Translations under genes and position numbers: made by a program
Origin: Candidatus Methanomethylicia archaeon
GTDB lineage: Archaea > Thermoproteota > Methanomethylicia > Nezhaarchaeales > B40-G2
NCBI GenBank assembly: GCA_029259155.1
Contig: JAPDJI010000014.1
Span: 11,316 to 75,315 of the forward strand
Length of the DNA: 64,000 bases
Reading direction: 5' to 3'
The notes under the pieces: generated by a model
What the model was told of the DNA's origin: nothing
Databases searched by the model: none
The model's input: the letters and a program-made list of their open reading frames with translations, nothing else
Shown: one piece after another, positions 19,160 to 27,650 of the stretch
How the letters are laid out: every line of letters begins with the position of its first letter
Position numbering within the stretch: the first letter of the stretch is position 1

Positions 19160-19182
19160 TAAAAAACGGTGGAGCAAAAAAG
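19160..19182 (-). terminator. Oligo-U terminator after the flavoprotein gene
   Basis: Two A6 tracts on + (U6 on -) just downstream of the stop at 19192. Confidence 0.55.
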
Positions 19183-19191
19183 CGGAGTGGC

Positions 19192-20532
19192 TTAAGCTTT
19201 CTTTAAGGCAGCCTCCGCTGCTAGCGTTATGGCGCTCCAAGTATCGGCTAAAGGAGGCGTATAGCAGGTATCAGCTTTAGCTAGCTCATAAGCAGTCATA
19301 CCCTTCTGGATAGCTAACGACAGTGCGTCTACGCGAGGCGCTACACCTTCACCGCCTAGGATTTGAGCGCCGATGAGCTTCATGGAAGCCTTCTCGAAGA
19401 TCAGCTTCACCCTTATGTCCTTAGCTCCAGGATAGTACTCCGCCCTTGTCTTCCAAGGTATAGAGCCGACAACAACCTCCATGCCTGCTTGCCTGGCTTG
19501 CCACTCAGTCAGGCCTGTGAAGCCCACTTCAACGTCGAATAGCTTTGAAACCGCTGAACCTAATACCCCTGGGAAGGTAGCATAGCCGCCTGCAGCGTTT
19601 ATGCCTGCCACCTTACCCTGCTTCACTGCCGTGGTTCCTAGCTGACAAAGTACGGGCTGCATGGTGACTAAGTGTACGCTCTCCACGCAGTCACCTGCTG
19701 CATAGATGTCTTCTACCGTAGTCTTCATCCTGGCGTCTACCTTAATCCCTCCAGTTACACCTAGCTTACATCCAGCCTTGACCGCTAGGTCGGTGTTGGC
19801 TCTGACGCCTATCGCCATGACTACAAGGTCTGCGTCAACCTGTTCGCCTCCAGCAGCTACTGCCTTAACGTGGTCATCGCCGAGTATCTCATCTGCCTTC
19901 GTGTTTAACATCAACTTGACGCCGTGAGCAGATATCTTGGTTTGAAGCAGCTTAGCCATGTCCTCATCTAGGATAGGTCTAAGAACTTGGTGTAGAGCTT
20001 CAATGACAGTTACCTTTACTCCTCTCTTCACCAACCCTTCAGCGGCTTCCAGCCCTACTAAGCCGGCGCCTATGACCACGGCGCTTTTAGCCTTCAAGGC
20101 TTCTTCAAGAATAGCTGAGGCATCAGGTATTGTTCTAAGCGGGTACACACCTTTCTTATCGTAGCCCTTAATACGGGGGACCACTGCTCTGGCTCCTGTG
20201 GTTAAGATTAAGGAGTCGTACTCGAAGGTTTCCTCCTTTCCATCAGGCCCTACTGCTTTAACTACCTTAGCGCTATGGTCTATCTCTGTGACGGTGGTCT
20301 TGAGATGTAAGTCTATCTTCATCATTTTGTAGAACTCTGACTTATAGATGATGATATGGTCAAACCCTTCGATGTCGCCGCCTATCACGAAAGGTAGGGC
20401 ACAGCGTGAGTAGGCTGGTTTATCCTCAGCATCGATAACTTTTACCTCAACTTCTCTGCTGGTCCGTCTAGCATTGAGCGCAGCATCTAATCCAGCAGCT
20501 CCACCTCCGATCACAACTACTCGTTTAGCCAT
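19192..20532 (-). CDS. CoA-disulfide reductase/NADH oxidase-family flavoprotein
   Basis: GGGAAG, single redox Cys YSRCALP, GAGLVG, AAGDC, C-terminal CYTPP. Confidence 0.9.
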   Translation of the reverse strand: MAKRVVVIGGGAAGLDAALNARRTSREVEVKVIDAEDKPAYSRCALPFVIGGDIEGFDHIIIYKSEFYKMMKIDLHLKTTVTEIDHSAKVVKAVGPDGKEETFEYDSLILTTGARAVVPRIKGYDKKGVYPLRTIPDASAILEEALKAKSAVVIGAGLVGLEAAEGLVKRGVKVTVIEALHQVLRPILDEDMAKLLQTKISAHGVKLMLNTKADEILGDDHVKAVAAGGEQVDADLVVMAIGVRANTDLAVKAGCKLGVTGGIKVDARMKTTVEDIYAAGDCVESVHLVTMQPVLCQLGTTAVKQGKVAGINAAGGYATFPGVLGSAVSKLFDVEVGFTGLTEWQARQAGMEVVVGSIPWKTRAEYYPGAKDIRVKLIFEKASMKLIGAQILGGEGVAPRVDALSLAIQKGMTAYELAKADTCYTPPLADTWSAITLAAEAALKKA

Positions 20533-20556
20533 CTTCCTCAGCCTTTCTTAGAGAGA

Positions 20557-20964
20557 CTACATAATGGTCTTAAGCCACCCAGCCGCCTTATCGGCGGTCA
20601 TTAAATTCTTTAGCTCTTCATCGAGGTTGCTAGCCTCTATTACCACCAGCCAGCCCTTACCGTAGGGGTCCTCGTTAAGTACTGAAGGGTTGCTTTGAAC
20701 CTCAGCGTTAACCTCCTTAATGGTTCCGGATATCGGTGATATTAGGTCTACGGCTGCTTTTAACGACTCGGCGCTGCCGAAGGCGTCGCCAACGTTCACG
20801 GTAGAGCCGGGATCTAGCAGGCTTATGTTTATGACCTGTTTCAGGTTCTTCTGTGCATAGTCTGTTATGCCAACTCTAGCCTTGCCGTCCTCCACCTTAA
20901 CCCACACGTGGTTCTCTGAGTAATACAGTCCTTCGGGAACCTCGTATTCTCCCACCGTAACCAA
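20557..20964 (-). CDS. gcvH: Glycine cleavage H-protein / lipoyl carrier
   Basis: HVWV, GITDYAQ, lipoyl-Lys in ESLKAA, NEDPYGKGW. Confidence 0.95.
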   Translation of the reverse strand: MVTVGEYEVPEGLYYSENHVWVKVEDGKARVGITDYAQKNLKQVINISLLDPGSTVNVGDAFGSAESLKAAVDLISPISGTIKEVNAEVQSNPSVLNEDPYGKGWLVVIEASNLDEELKNLMTADKAAGWLKTIM

Positions 20965-21224
20965 ACTTTACGCACCCCTTTGAGCTTCGGTTGTAAGGTG
21001 TATTTAGAGTTTCTGCGCTGATTCCATGAACTAATGTAAACGTGAAGTCTTTTCGGGAAGAACTGGTAGGGCTGAGGCCTTAATTCAGCTACGAGAAATG
21101 ATGGATCGGGGATAAGGGTTAAGAGGGGGATCGCTAAATCACTTCAAGTGAGTTGCCTAAAAATACAAAGCCTGGGAGGATCTAAAGCTCTCAGGCTTCT
21201 GGATAGCTTTGCTATGAGGGGTCA

Positions 21225-22346
21225 TTGATGTCGGAGGAGCTAAGAAGAGAGCTATCCTCCTGTACAGATTGTAGGATGTGTGACAATGTCTGTCCCTTCT
21301 ACCTCGCTACGGGAGACGAGTCCATAGGTGCCTGGAACAAGGTTAAAGTTGCTCAAGCTGTGCTAGGGGGCGATAGGCAGGTCAGCGATGTATTGAGAGA
21401 ACTGTACCTATGTACCTGCTGCGGAACCTGTGAGCTTGCCTGCCCCTTTAATATCCCGATATCTGAGGCAGTTAGAGCTTTAAGGAGCTTAGCTGTCAAG
21501 GAGCGTTGCGCTCCGGAACCTGTCGTTAAGCTGTGTGAAGGGATAATCAACCAGGGATCGATGACTGGTGAGGGGAAGGAGTTCTGGAGGAGCTGGATCC
21601 CCACTGAGGTGAATTTCCCTAGTGAAGCTGAGTACCTCTACCTTGTAGGTTGCATGATCCCCTTTAGGCTCCGTGATGTAGGCAGGGCTACGGTGGATAT
21701 CTTGAAGGCAGCTGGCGTGGACTTCACAATTTTAGGTGAGGATGAGAGGTGTTGCGGCCTCCTCCTCGTGGATCACGGCTTCCTAGAAGAAGCTAAGACG
21801 GTCGCGGAGAGAAACCTATCGAGCGTAGAAGGGAGGAAGCCTAGCGTCGTTCTGATGGCGTGCGCCGCCTGCTACTATACGTACAAGCATGTTTACCAGA
21901 GGATCTATAGGAAACCTGAGTTTGAGGTGATACACGTAGCGGAGGCCTTAGCCGACCTCATCGATCATGGGAGGATAAGCTTCAAGAAGCGGATTGATGA
22001 GAAGGTGGCCTTCCTTGACCCCTGCCACTTCGTGAAGGTCTCTGGTAAATACGAGATTCCCAGGAAGGTGATCGAGAACATTCCCGGGCTGAAGTTAATT
22101 GAGTTCCCGAGAAGCAGGGCTGAAGCGCTTTGTTGCGGCGCACCCGGAGGTATTAGGCTGGTGTCTAGGGATGTAGCGTTCTCCGCGGCTGGAATGATAG
22201 TTAAGGAGGCCCTCAAGCTGGAGGTTTCAAGGATCGTAACCTCCTGTCCGCTCTGCATGTATCAGCTTTCATGGGCTGCTGAAAAGCTGGGGGCGGGGAG
22301 GTTAAAGGTAACTGACCTTCCCTTGTTAGTGAAGGAAGCTCTCTGA
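21225..22346 (+). CDS. Fe-S oxidoreductase, HdrD/GlpC-like
   Basis: Two ferredoxin motifs (CTDCRMCDNVCP, CTCCGTCELACP) plus two CCG domains. Confidence 0.88.
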   Translation: MMSEELRRELSSCTDCRMCDNVCPFYLATGDESIGAWNKVKVAQAVLGGDRQVSDVLRELYLCTCCGTCELACPFNIPISEAVRALRSLAVKERCAPEPVVKLCEGIINQGSMTGEGKEFWRSWIPTEVNFPSEAEYLYLVGCMIPFRLRDVGRATVDILKAAGVDFTILGEDERCCGLLLVDHGFLEEAKTVAERNLSSVEGRKPSVVLMACAACYYTYKHVYQRIYRKPEFEVIHVAEALADLIDHGRISFKKRIDEKVAFLDPCHFVKVSGKYEIPRKVIENIPGLKLIEFPRSRAEALCCGAPGGIRLVSRDVAFSAAGMIVKEALKLEVSRIVTSCPLCMYQLSWAAEKLGAGRLKVTDLPLLVKEAL

Positions 22347-22415
22347 ACTTTGATCTCCACGCCCCGTTCTCATGGCTTATCACGCATGTAAAGCTTTAAT
22401 GAAGAATTAATTAGG

Positions 22416-23450
22416 ATGGTAGACGTGAGACTGGTCGACGAGATGAGGCACTTGAAGCCTAGGTTAGTCAGGGTTTCCTACGGCTCAGCGGTAGTCTTAG
22501 GCTTAGCTAGGGGATGGCTTAAGACTAAACCGACCACCAGCTATCTCTTAACTTACTTAGAAGAGCGCTGCCTAGCTAACTGCGGTTTCTGTCCTCAAGC
22601 TAAAGATAGTAATGCTAGCCTAGACCTCCTATCCAGGGTGGAGTGGCCTCCTTACCCTGCTCAAGAAGTAGTGGAGAGGGCCGTGAACGCTTTAAGGCGA
22701 GGCTTATTGAAGAGAGCCTGCGTCCAAGTTGTTAACAGGCCTGAGGGCTTAAATCAGGCTTTATGGCTCGTGGAACATGTAAGCCTAGGAGGAGAATTAC
22801 CTGTATCAGTTTCTATACCTCCGTTAGGGCGTAGTGGGCTTGAAGCCTTTAAACGGACAGGGGCAGGCAGAGTCTCCATAGCGTTAGATGCTGCTAATCG
22901 CAGGGTCTTCGACGAGGTTAAAGGACTTAATGCTGGTGGGCCCTACACTTGGGATGGACACTGGAATGCGCTTAGAAAAGCCCTCGAGGTTTTTGGCCCT
23001 GGAAACGTGACGACCCACCTTATTGTGGGTCTTGGGGAAACTGAGAGAGACCTAGCACGCGTCATCGATAAGCTATTATCGATAAAGGTACTCCCAGCCC
23101 TCTTCGCCTTCACTCCTATACCTGGTACTAGGCTTGAAGCGTTACCTCAACCTGAAGTAGCAAGCTATCGCCGCATTCAGCTTGTGAGACACTTACTGGT
23201 AAAGGGTATAGTTTCTCTTAAGGACCTGGAGTTTAACCATGTAGGGAGGCTTGTTCGCATAAAAGCTTCCAGCGAGGAGGTAATGAGAGAGATCGAGAGC
23301 GGTGAACCTTTCGAGACTTCAGGGTGTCCTGGATGTAATAGACCTTTTTACAACGAGAAACCTGGAGGGCCTCTCTATAATTACCCAAGACCTTTAAGCA
23401 GAAAAGAGGTGGAGGAGGCCTTAAGCCTGCTGAGAGACGTGGTAGCCTGA
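22416..23450 (+). CDS. lipS2: Archaeal-type lipoyl synthase subunit LipS2 (radical SAM)
   Basis: CLANCGFC and TSGCPGCNRP, matching the TxGCPxC(N/D)RP motif of Thermococcus LipS2. Confidence 0.85.
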   Translation: MVDVRLVDEMRHLKPRLVRVSYGSAVVLGLARGWLKTKPTTSYLLTYLEERCLANCGFCPQAKDSNASLDLLSRVEWPPYPAQEVVERAVNALRRGLLKRACVQVVNRPEGLNQALWLVEHVSLGGELPVSVSIPPLGRSGLEAFKRTGAGRVSIALDAANRRVFDEVKGLNAGGPYTWDGHWNALRKALEVFGPGNVTTHLIVGLGETERDLARVIDKLLSIKVLPALFAFTPIPGTRLEALPQPEVASYRRIQLVRHLLVKGIVSLKDLEFNHVGRLVRIKASSEEVMREIESGEPFETSGCPGCNRPFYNEKPGGPLYNYPRPLSRKEVEEALSLLRDVVA

Positions 23451-23559
23451 GAAGGAAATATTAAGGAAGTTGAAGGCTTATCAGCGACCTATATTGGGCG
23501 CTAAGGTCGTAGAGGAGTAAAAGATTATCTAATAGAGCTCTTTCTTTTGGGGGGCTGAA

Positions 23560-24009
23560 ATGAGGGTAGACAAGATGCAACCTGAATTAACTTTCCATGT
23601 ACAGGTAGAGTGGGATGGCTCTACTGGAGGTGAGGCTAAACTCTCAGTACAGCCTCCCTTAAGGTTTGATACCCCAAGGGACTTCGGAGGCTCTGAAGCT
23701 GGCTATTGCCCAGAAGAGCTTTTCTTAGCGTCGTTGGCTGCTTGCTTAACCACAACCTTTGCTTATCTAAGGCCTAAGCTAGGCTTAGAGGCTTCCTCGC
23801 TGAGGATAAATGCCACTGACCGCGTCGAGTTTAGAGACGGAGGCTACATGGTGACCGAGGCCTGGATGAAGGTGAAGCTGGAAGTTAGGAAAGGTCAGGC
23901 TGAGTTAGCGAGACAATGCGTGGAACTTGCTGCTGAGTACTGCCATGTAACTAGGTCAATAAGGAGATGTATACCTGTTCACTTAGAAGTAGAGGTGGTA
24001 GAGGTTTAA
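23560..24009 (+). CDS. OsmC/Ohr family peroxiredoxin
   Basis: PEELFLASLAAC and a second Cys in YCHV. Confidence 0.88.
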   Translation: MRVDKMQPELTFHVQVEWDGSTGGEAKLSVQPPLRFDTPRDFGGSEAGYCPEELFLASLAACLTTTFAYLRPKLGLEASSLRINATDRVEFRDGGYMVTEAWMKVKLEVRKGQAELARQCVELAAEYCHVTRSIRRCIPVHLEVEVVEV

Positions 24010-24133
24010 TGAATAGGTCCATCCCCAACATTTACGAATTTTCTTTCAAGTCCTCTGCGGCGCATTGATTAATCTAAAAGGCTTAATTAGATCTATGAGA
24101 GGATGAAATAATCCACCTAAGAGGTGGTGAAGG

Positions 24134-24910
24134 CTGACTGAGGAGTGGAGGCTTCTGAAGACAGGTAGTGGTGATGCCTACTGGAACATGGCTGTAGACG
24201 AAGCTATCTTAACAGCGAGAACTGAAGGCAAAGTGCCGAATACCTTGCGCCTATACACTTGGAAGCCCTCTGCAGTATCAATAGGCTTTTTCCAGAGCTT
24301 ACACCACGAAGTGGACTTGGAGGAATGTCGTAATCTAGGAGTAGACGTAGTTAGACGCATAACTGGTGGAGGGGCAGTGTTTCATGACAGTGACGGTGAA
24401 GTGACCTATAGCGTAGTGGTGGCGGAGGCTGACTTGAAACGTATAACTCCTCACTCCACTATACAGGAATCCTATGAAGCTCTATGTAAAGGTTTGCTGG
24501 AAGGGTTGAAAGAGCTAGCTATAGCAGCTGAGTTTAAACCAATAAACGATATACTCGTTGCTGGACGTAAGATCTCAGGCAGTGCTCAGACTAGGCGTAG
24601 GGGCATTATTCTTCAGCATGGCACTTTACTGCTTAAAAGCGATATAAGAACCATGTTCAGGGTGTTGAAGGTCTCCAAGGAAAAAATAAGCGACAAGCTG
24701 ATCAAGGAGGTGGAGGAGAGAGTTACCAATATATATCGTGAAACTGGCCGTGAACTAGCTGTCGAGGAGGTTATAGGTGCTCTCGTCAAAGGTTTTCAAC
24801 GCGCATTAGGGGTCAAATTAAAGGAGGGCGAGCTGTCCCCATATGAGCTTAGCTTAGCTGAAGAGTTTAAGCATAGATATGCCTCAAAGGAGTGGCTTGA
24901 GCTTAGGTGA
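24134..24910 (+). CDS. lplA: Lipoate-protein ligase catalytic subunit (LplA-N)
   Basis: RRITGGGAVFHD, KISGSAQ, QHGT. The conserved WRLL...DAYWNMAVDEA N-terminus extends to an in-frame CTG at 24134. Confidence 0.9.
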   Translation: MTEEWRLLKTGSGDAYWNMAVDEAILTARTEGKVPNTLRLYTWKPSAVSIGFFQSLHHEVDLEECRNLGVDVVRRITGGGAVFHDSDGEVTYSVVVAEADLKRITPHSTIQESYEALCKGLLEGLKELAIAAEFKPINDILVAGRKISGSAQTRRRGIILQHGTLLLKSDIRTMFRVLKVSKEKISDKLIKEVEERVTNIYRETGRELAVEEVIGALVKGFQRALGVKLKEGELSPYELSLAEEFKHRYASKEWLELR

Positions 24911-25209
24911 ACGAGTTGAGGGTCGAGGCTGAACATAAGGTAGCTGGGGGTAAACTGGTTAGAGTAGAGCTTGAAGTAGAGGAAGGAGTGATTAAGAGGA
25001 TCAAGATAACCGGTGACTTCTTTCTTTACCCAGAGGAAGCCGTTTTTAAGCTCGAGGAGGCTCTAAAAGGAGTTCGTGCTAGCAGTGAACTTGAAAAGCT
25101 CATAGAGCATGAACTATCTAAGCAGGGAGCTGAGCTCTTAGGGGCGTCTCCGGCAGACATAGCTACGGCTATTAATAAGGCTTTAACCTCCATTAATCCT
25201 TGGCAATGA
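24907..25209 (+). CDS. lplB: Lipoate-protein ligase accessory subunit (LplA-C/LplB)
   Basis: KVAGGKLVRV, ITGDFFLYPEE; GTGA overlap with lplA. Confidence 0.88.
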   Translation: MNELRVEAEHKVAGGKLVRVELEVEEGVIKRIKITGDFFLYPEEAVFKLEEALKGVRASSELEKLIEHELSKQGAELLGASPADIATAINKALTSINPWQ

Positions 25210-25320
25210 CAGGCCGTCTGCTAGTTGTAGAGAGCGAGGATGCAGTAGAAGGTCTTAAATAATTTTTTAAGCAAATCAGGATTAGTGGACTAAGCTTTAT
25301 GATGCTTAAGGTGCTCTACA

Positions 25321-26535
25321 GTGAGGAGAGACCTCCTAGCTCTTATCGGTAACAGTATCTGTGTATGGTTTCCAGGAGCCGTAACCTTCGGCCTCATAGG
25401 TCTCCTCACCCCTACTTGGGCAGAGATGTTTGGTGTAGGTCGTGGCCCTCTAGGTTTAGTCATGACGTTTCTTCTAGCATCGCTAGGGTTATTCATGTTT
25501 CTTGGAGGAAGATGGTCCGATAGGTATGGAGCCAGACTGATAGCTACTATAGGTTCAATAATCGCAGCGGTATCCTTGGCACTCTTCACTTTCTCTGAAA
25601 GCTTAGACATGTTATACCTACTAGCCTTTAGCTGGGGCGCTGGGATATGCCTAGTATACGTACCTACGGTCAGTAGCGCGCAGCGATGGTTTCCTCGAAG
25701 GAGGGGGATGGCGTCAGGAATAGTTAGCATGCTTTTCGGTATATCAGCGGCCTTCATGATCCCCGTCTTTCGTTACTGGATGGATAACCTAGGCTACTCT
25801 GCGACGCTTCTCATTACAGCTATACTTACTGTGGTGGTTGGAGTGCTTTCAGCCCAACTCATAGAGTTCCCGGAGAGATTAAGCCCTGTTTTGTTAGTTA
25901 TATCTAAAAGGCTTGAAGAAAGTAAGGCTGAGAGAAAACAAGAGACTCTCTATACTTTGCGTGAAGCGCTGAAGACTAAGGCCTTTTGGCTTACATGGCT
26001 TACATGGGCTCTATGTGGAGGGGCAGGTATAGGCATGGTTGTATTTTCCACGTCGATCAGCTTAGAACTGGGGCTCACCACTGCGATGGCGGCTACTGCC
26101 TTGGCTGCCTTTAACCTAACCAATGGGCTTGGGAGGATGATGAGCGGAATACTTTCTGACAGGATTGGGAGGGTCACGGTTATGTCTTCGCTTTACATAG
26201 CGGGTGCAGGAGGCTTCTTCCTTTTACTGGCTGGTAAAGGCCTTCCACACATTGTATTGCTATCCAACCTCCTTGCTGGACTAGCTTTCGGGACGTTGTT
26301 CGCGGTGTCAGCCCCCTTCATCATGGATTGCTTCGGCACTAAACACTATGGTGCCATCTTTGGCTTCACCTTCACTGCCTATGGTTTTGTTGGAAGCTGG
26401 ATAGGACCCTTCATAGGAGGCCTTCTAAGAGATCTGACAGGTAGTTACCAAGTAACTTGCTTAGTGTTTGGCTTATACTGTTTAGCCTCAGCAGCCTCGA
26501 TTTTTCTAGCTAAACCCCCTCACTCTAAACCCTAG
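25321..26535 (+). CDS. MFS transporter, OFA (oxalate/formate antiporter)-like
   Basis: 12 TM; GRWSDRYG, RWFPRRRGMASG, GILSDRIGR. Confidence 0.88.
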   Translation: MRRDLLALIGNSICVWFPGAVTFGLIGLLTPTWAEMFGVGRGPLGLVMTFLLASLGLFMFLGGRWSDRYGARLIATIGSIIAAVSLALFTFSESLDMLYLLAFSWGAGICLVYVPTVSSAQRWFPRRRGMASGIVSMLFGISAAFMIPVFRYWMDNLGYSATLLITAILTVVVGVLSAQLIEFPERLSPVLLVISKRLEESKAERKQETLYTLREALKTKAFWLTWLTWALCGGAGIGMVVFSTSISLELGLTTAMAATALAAFNLTNGLGRMMSGILSDRIGRVTVMSSLYIAGAGGFFLLLAGKGLPHIVLLSNLLAGLAFGTLFAVSAPFIMDCFGTKHYGAIFGFTFTAYGFVGSWIGPFIGGLLRDLTGSYQVTCLVFGLYCLASAASIFLAKPPHSKP

Positions 26536-26574
26536 AATCGAGTACGCTTCAGTTAATCTTAGATTTGTTTCTAC

Positions 26575-27606
26575 TCAACATACTCTAGGTATCGGTTCCC
26601 CTATAGGAGTCTCCACGATCCTTTTACCGCCTACCTCAGTCTCTAGGATAACGAAGCCAGACCTCTCAGCTGTAGCCTCACCGATAATGGCTGCCCCTCT
26701 ACCATGCTTTGTAGTCTTAATGGCGCTGAGGACTTCCTCGGCCTTATCACGCTTAACCCCTAGCACTGCTCTACCTTCACAGGTAACCTCTAAAGGATCT
26801 AGGCCAAGCATCTCAGAGGCGGCCCTAACCTCAGGCTTAACGGGTATAGAGGCCTCCCAAAGACTTATGCCCACTCCTGACTTGCTAGCCATTTCATTTA
26901 ACGCAGCTGCTAGTCCTCCGCGCGTCGGGTCTTTAGCAGCTGTCACTCCCCCTACTTTGAGAGCAGCCTCTATCACGTCCCATATCGGTGCTACGTCAGA
27001 TACGAGCTTTGTTTCAAAGCTTAAACCTTCCCTGACGGAGGCTAAGGCTATTCCATGGTCGCCAACCGTACCCGTCACTATTATTAAGTCTCCTGGCTTA
27101 AGCCCTGAGTCTCTAAGCGCGTTTCCCTGCTTTATGAACCCTACACCGCATGTAGTGATCACCATATTGTCTAGGCGGCCTTTAGGCATCACCTTGAAGT
27201 CCCCGCTTATAATGGCGACCCCTGCTTCCTTGGCTGCCTCGTCCATTGACTTAGCTATACGTCGAAGGTCCTCCACGGGGAGGCCTTCCTCCACCACTAT
27301 GGCGTCGACTATAGCTACTGGCTTAGCACCCATAACAGCTAAGTCGTTGACTGTTCCTGCCACGGCAAGCCTACCTATATCACCTCCCGGGAAGAAGATA
27401 GGATCCACGGTGTGGGAGTCTATTGTGACCACCACCTCAATGTCTCCTACAGGTATGGTAGCTCCATCGTCCAGCTCGTCGAGACCTATCCCCTCACCAA
27501 CCTTCCTTAACGTAAAGTTAGGCATTAACACCTTAGCTAGCAGCTCTGACATCGCTGCGCCTCCACCGCCATGTATTAGTTGGATGACATCCTTTGACAA
27601 CTTCAA
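26575..27606 (-). CDS. hypE: Hydrogenase maturation protein HypE
   Basis: HGGGG, DSHTVDPIFFPGG, DPTRGG, C-terminal PRVC. Confidence 0.97.
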   Translation of the reverse strand: MKLSKDVIQLIHGGGGAAMSELLAKVLMPNFTLRKVGEGIGLDELDDGATIPVGDIEVVVTIDSHTVDPIFFPGGDIGRLAVAGTVNDLAVMGAKPVAIVDAIVVEEGLPVEDLRRIAKSMDEAAKEAGVAIISGDFKVMPKGRLDNMVITTCGVGFIKQGNALRDSGLKPGDLIIVTGTVGDHGIALASVREGLSFETKLVSDVAPIWDVIEAALKVGGVTAAKDPTRGGLAAALNEMASKSGVGISLWEASIPVKPEVRAASEMLGLDPLEVTCEGRAVLGVKRDKAEEVLSAIKTTKHGRGAAIIGEATAERSGFVILETEVGGKRIVETPIGEPIPRVC

Positions 27607-27650
27607 CGCCTCACCTCGACTACTCTCAACCCTCTTAAAAGTGCATTTAT

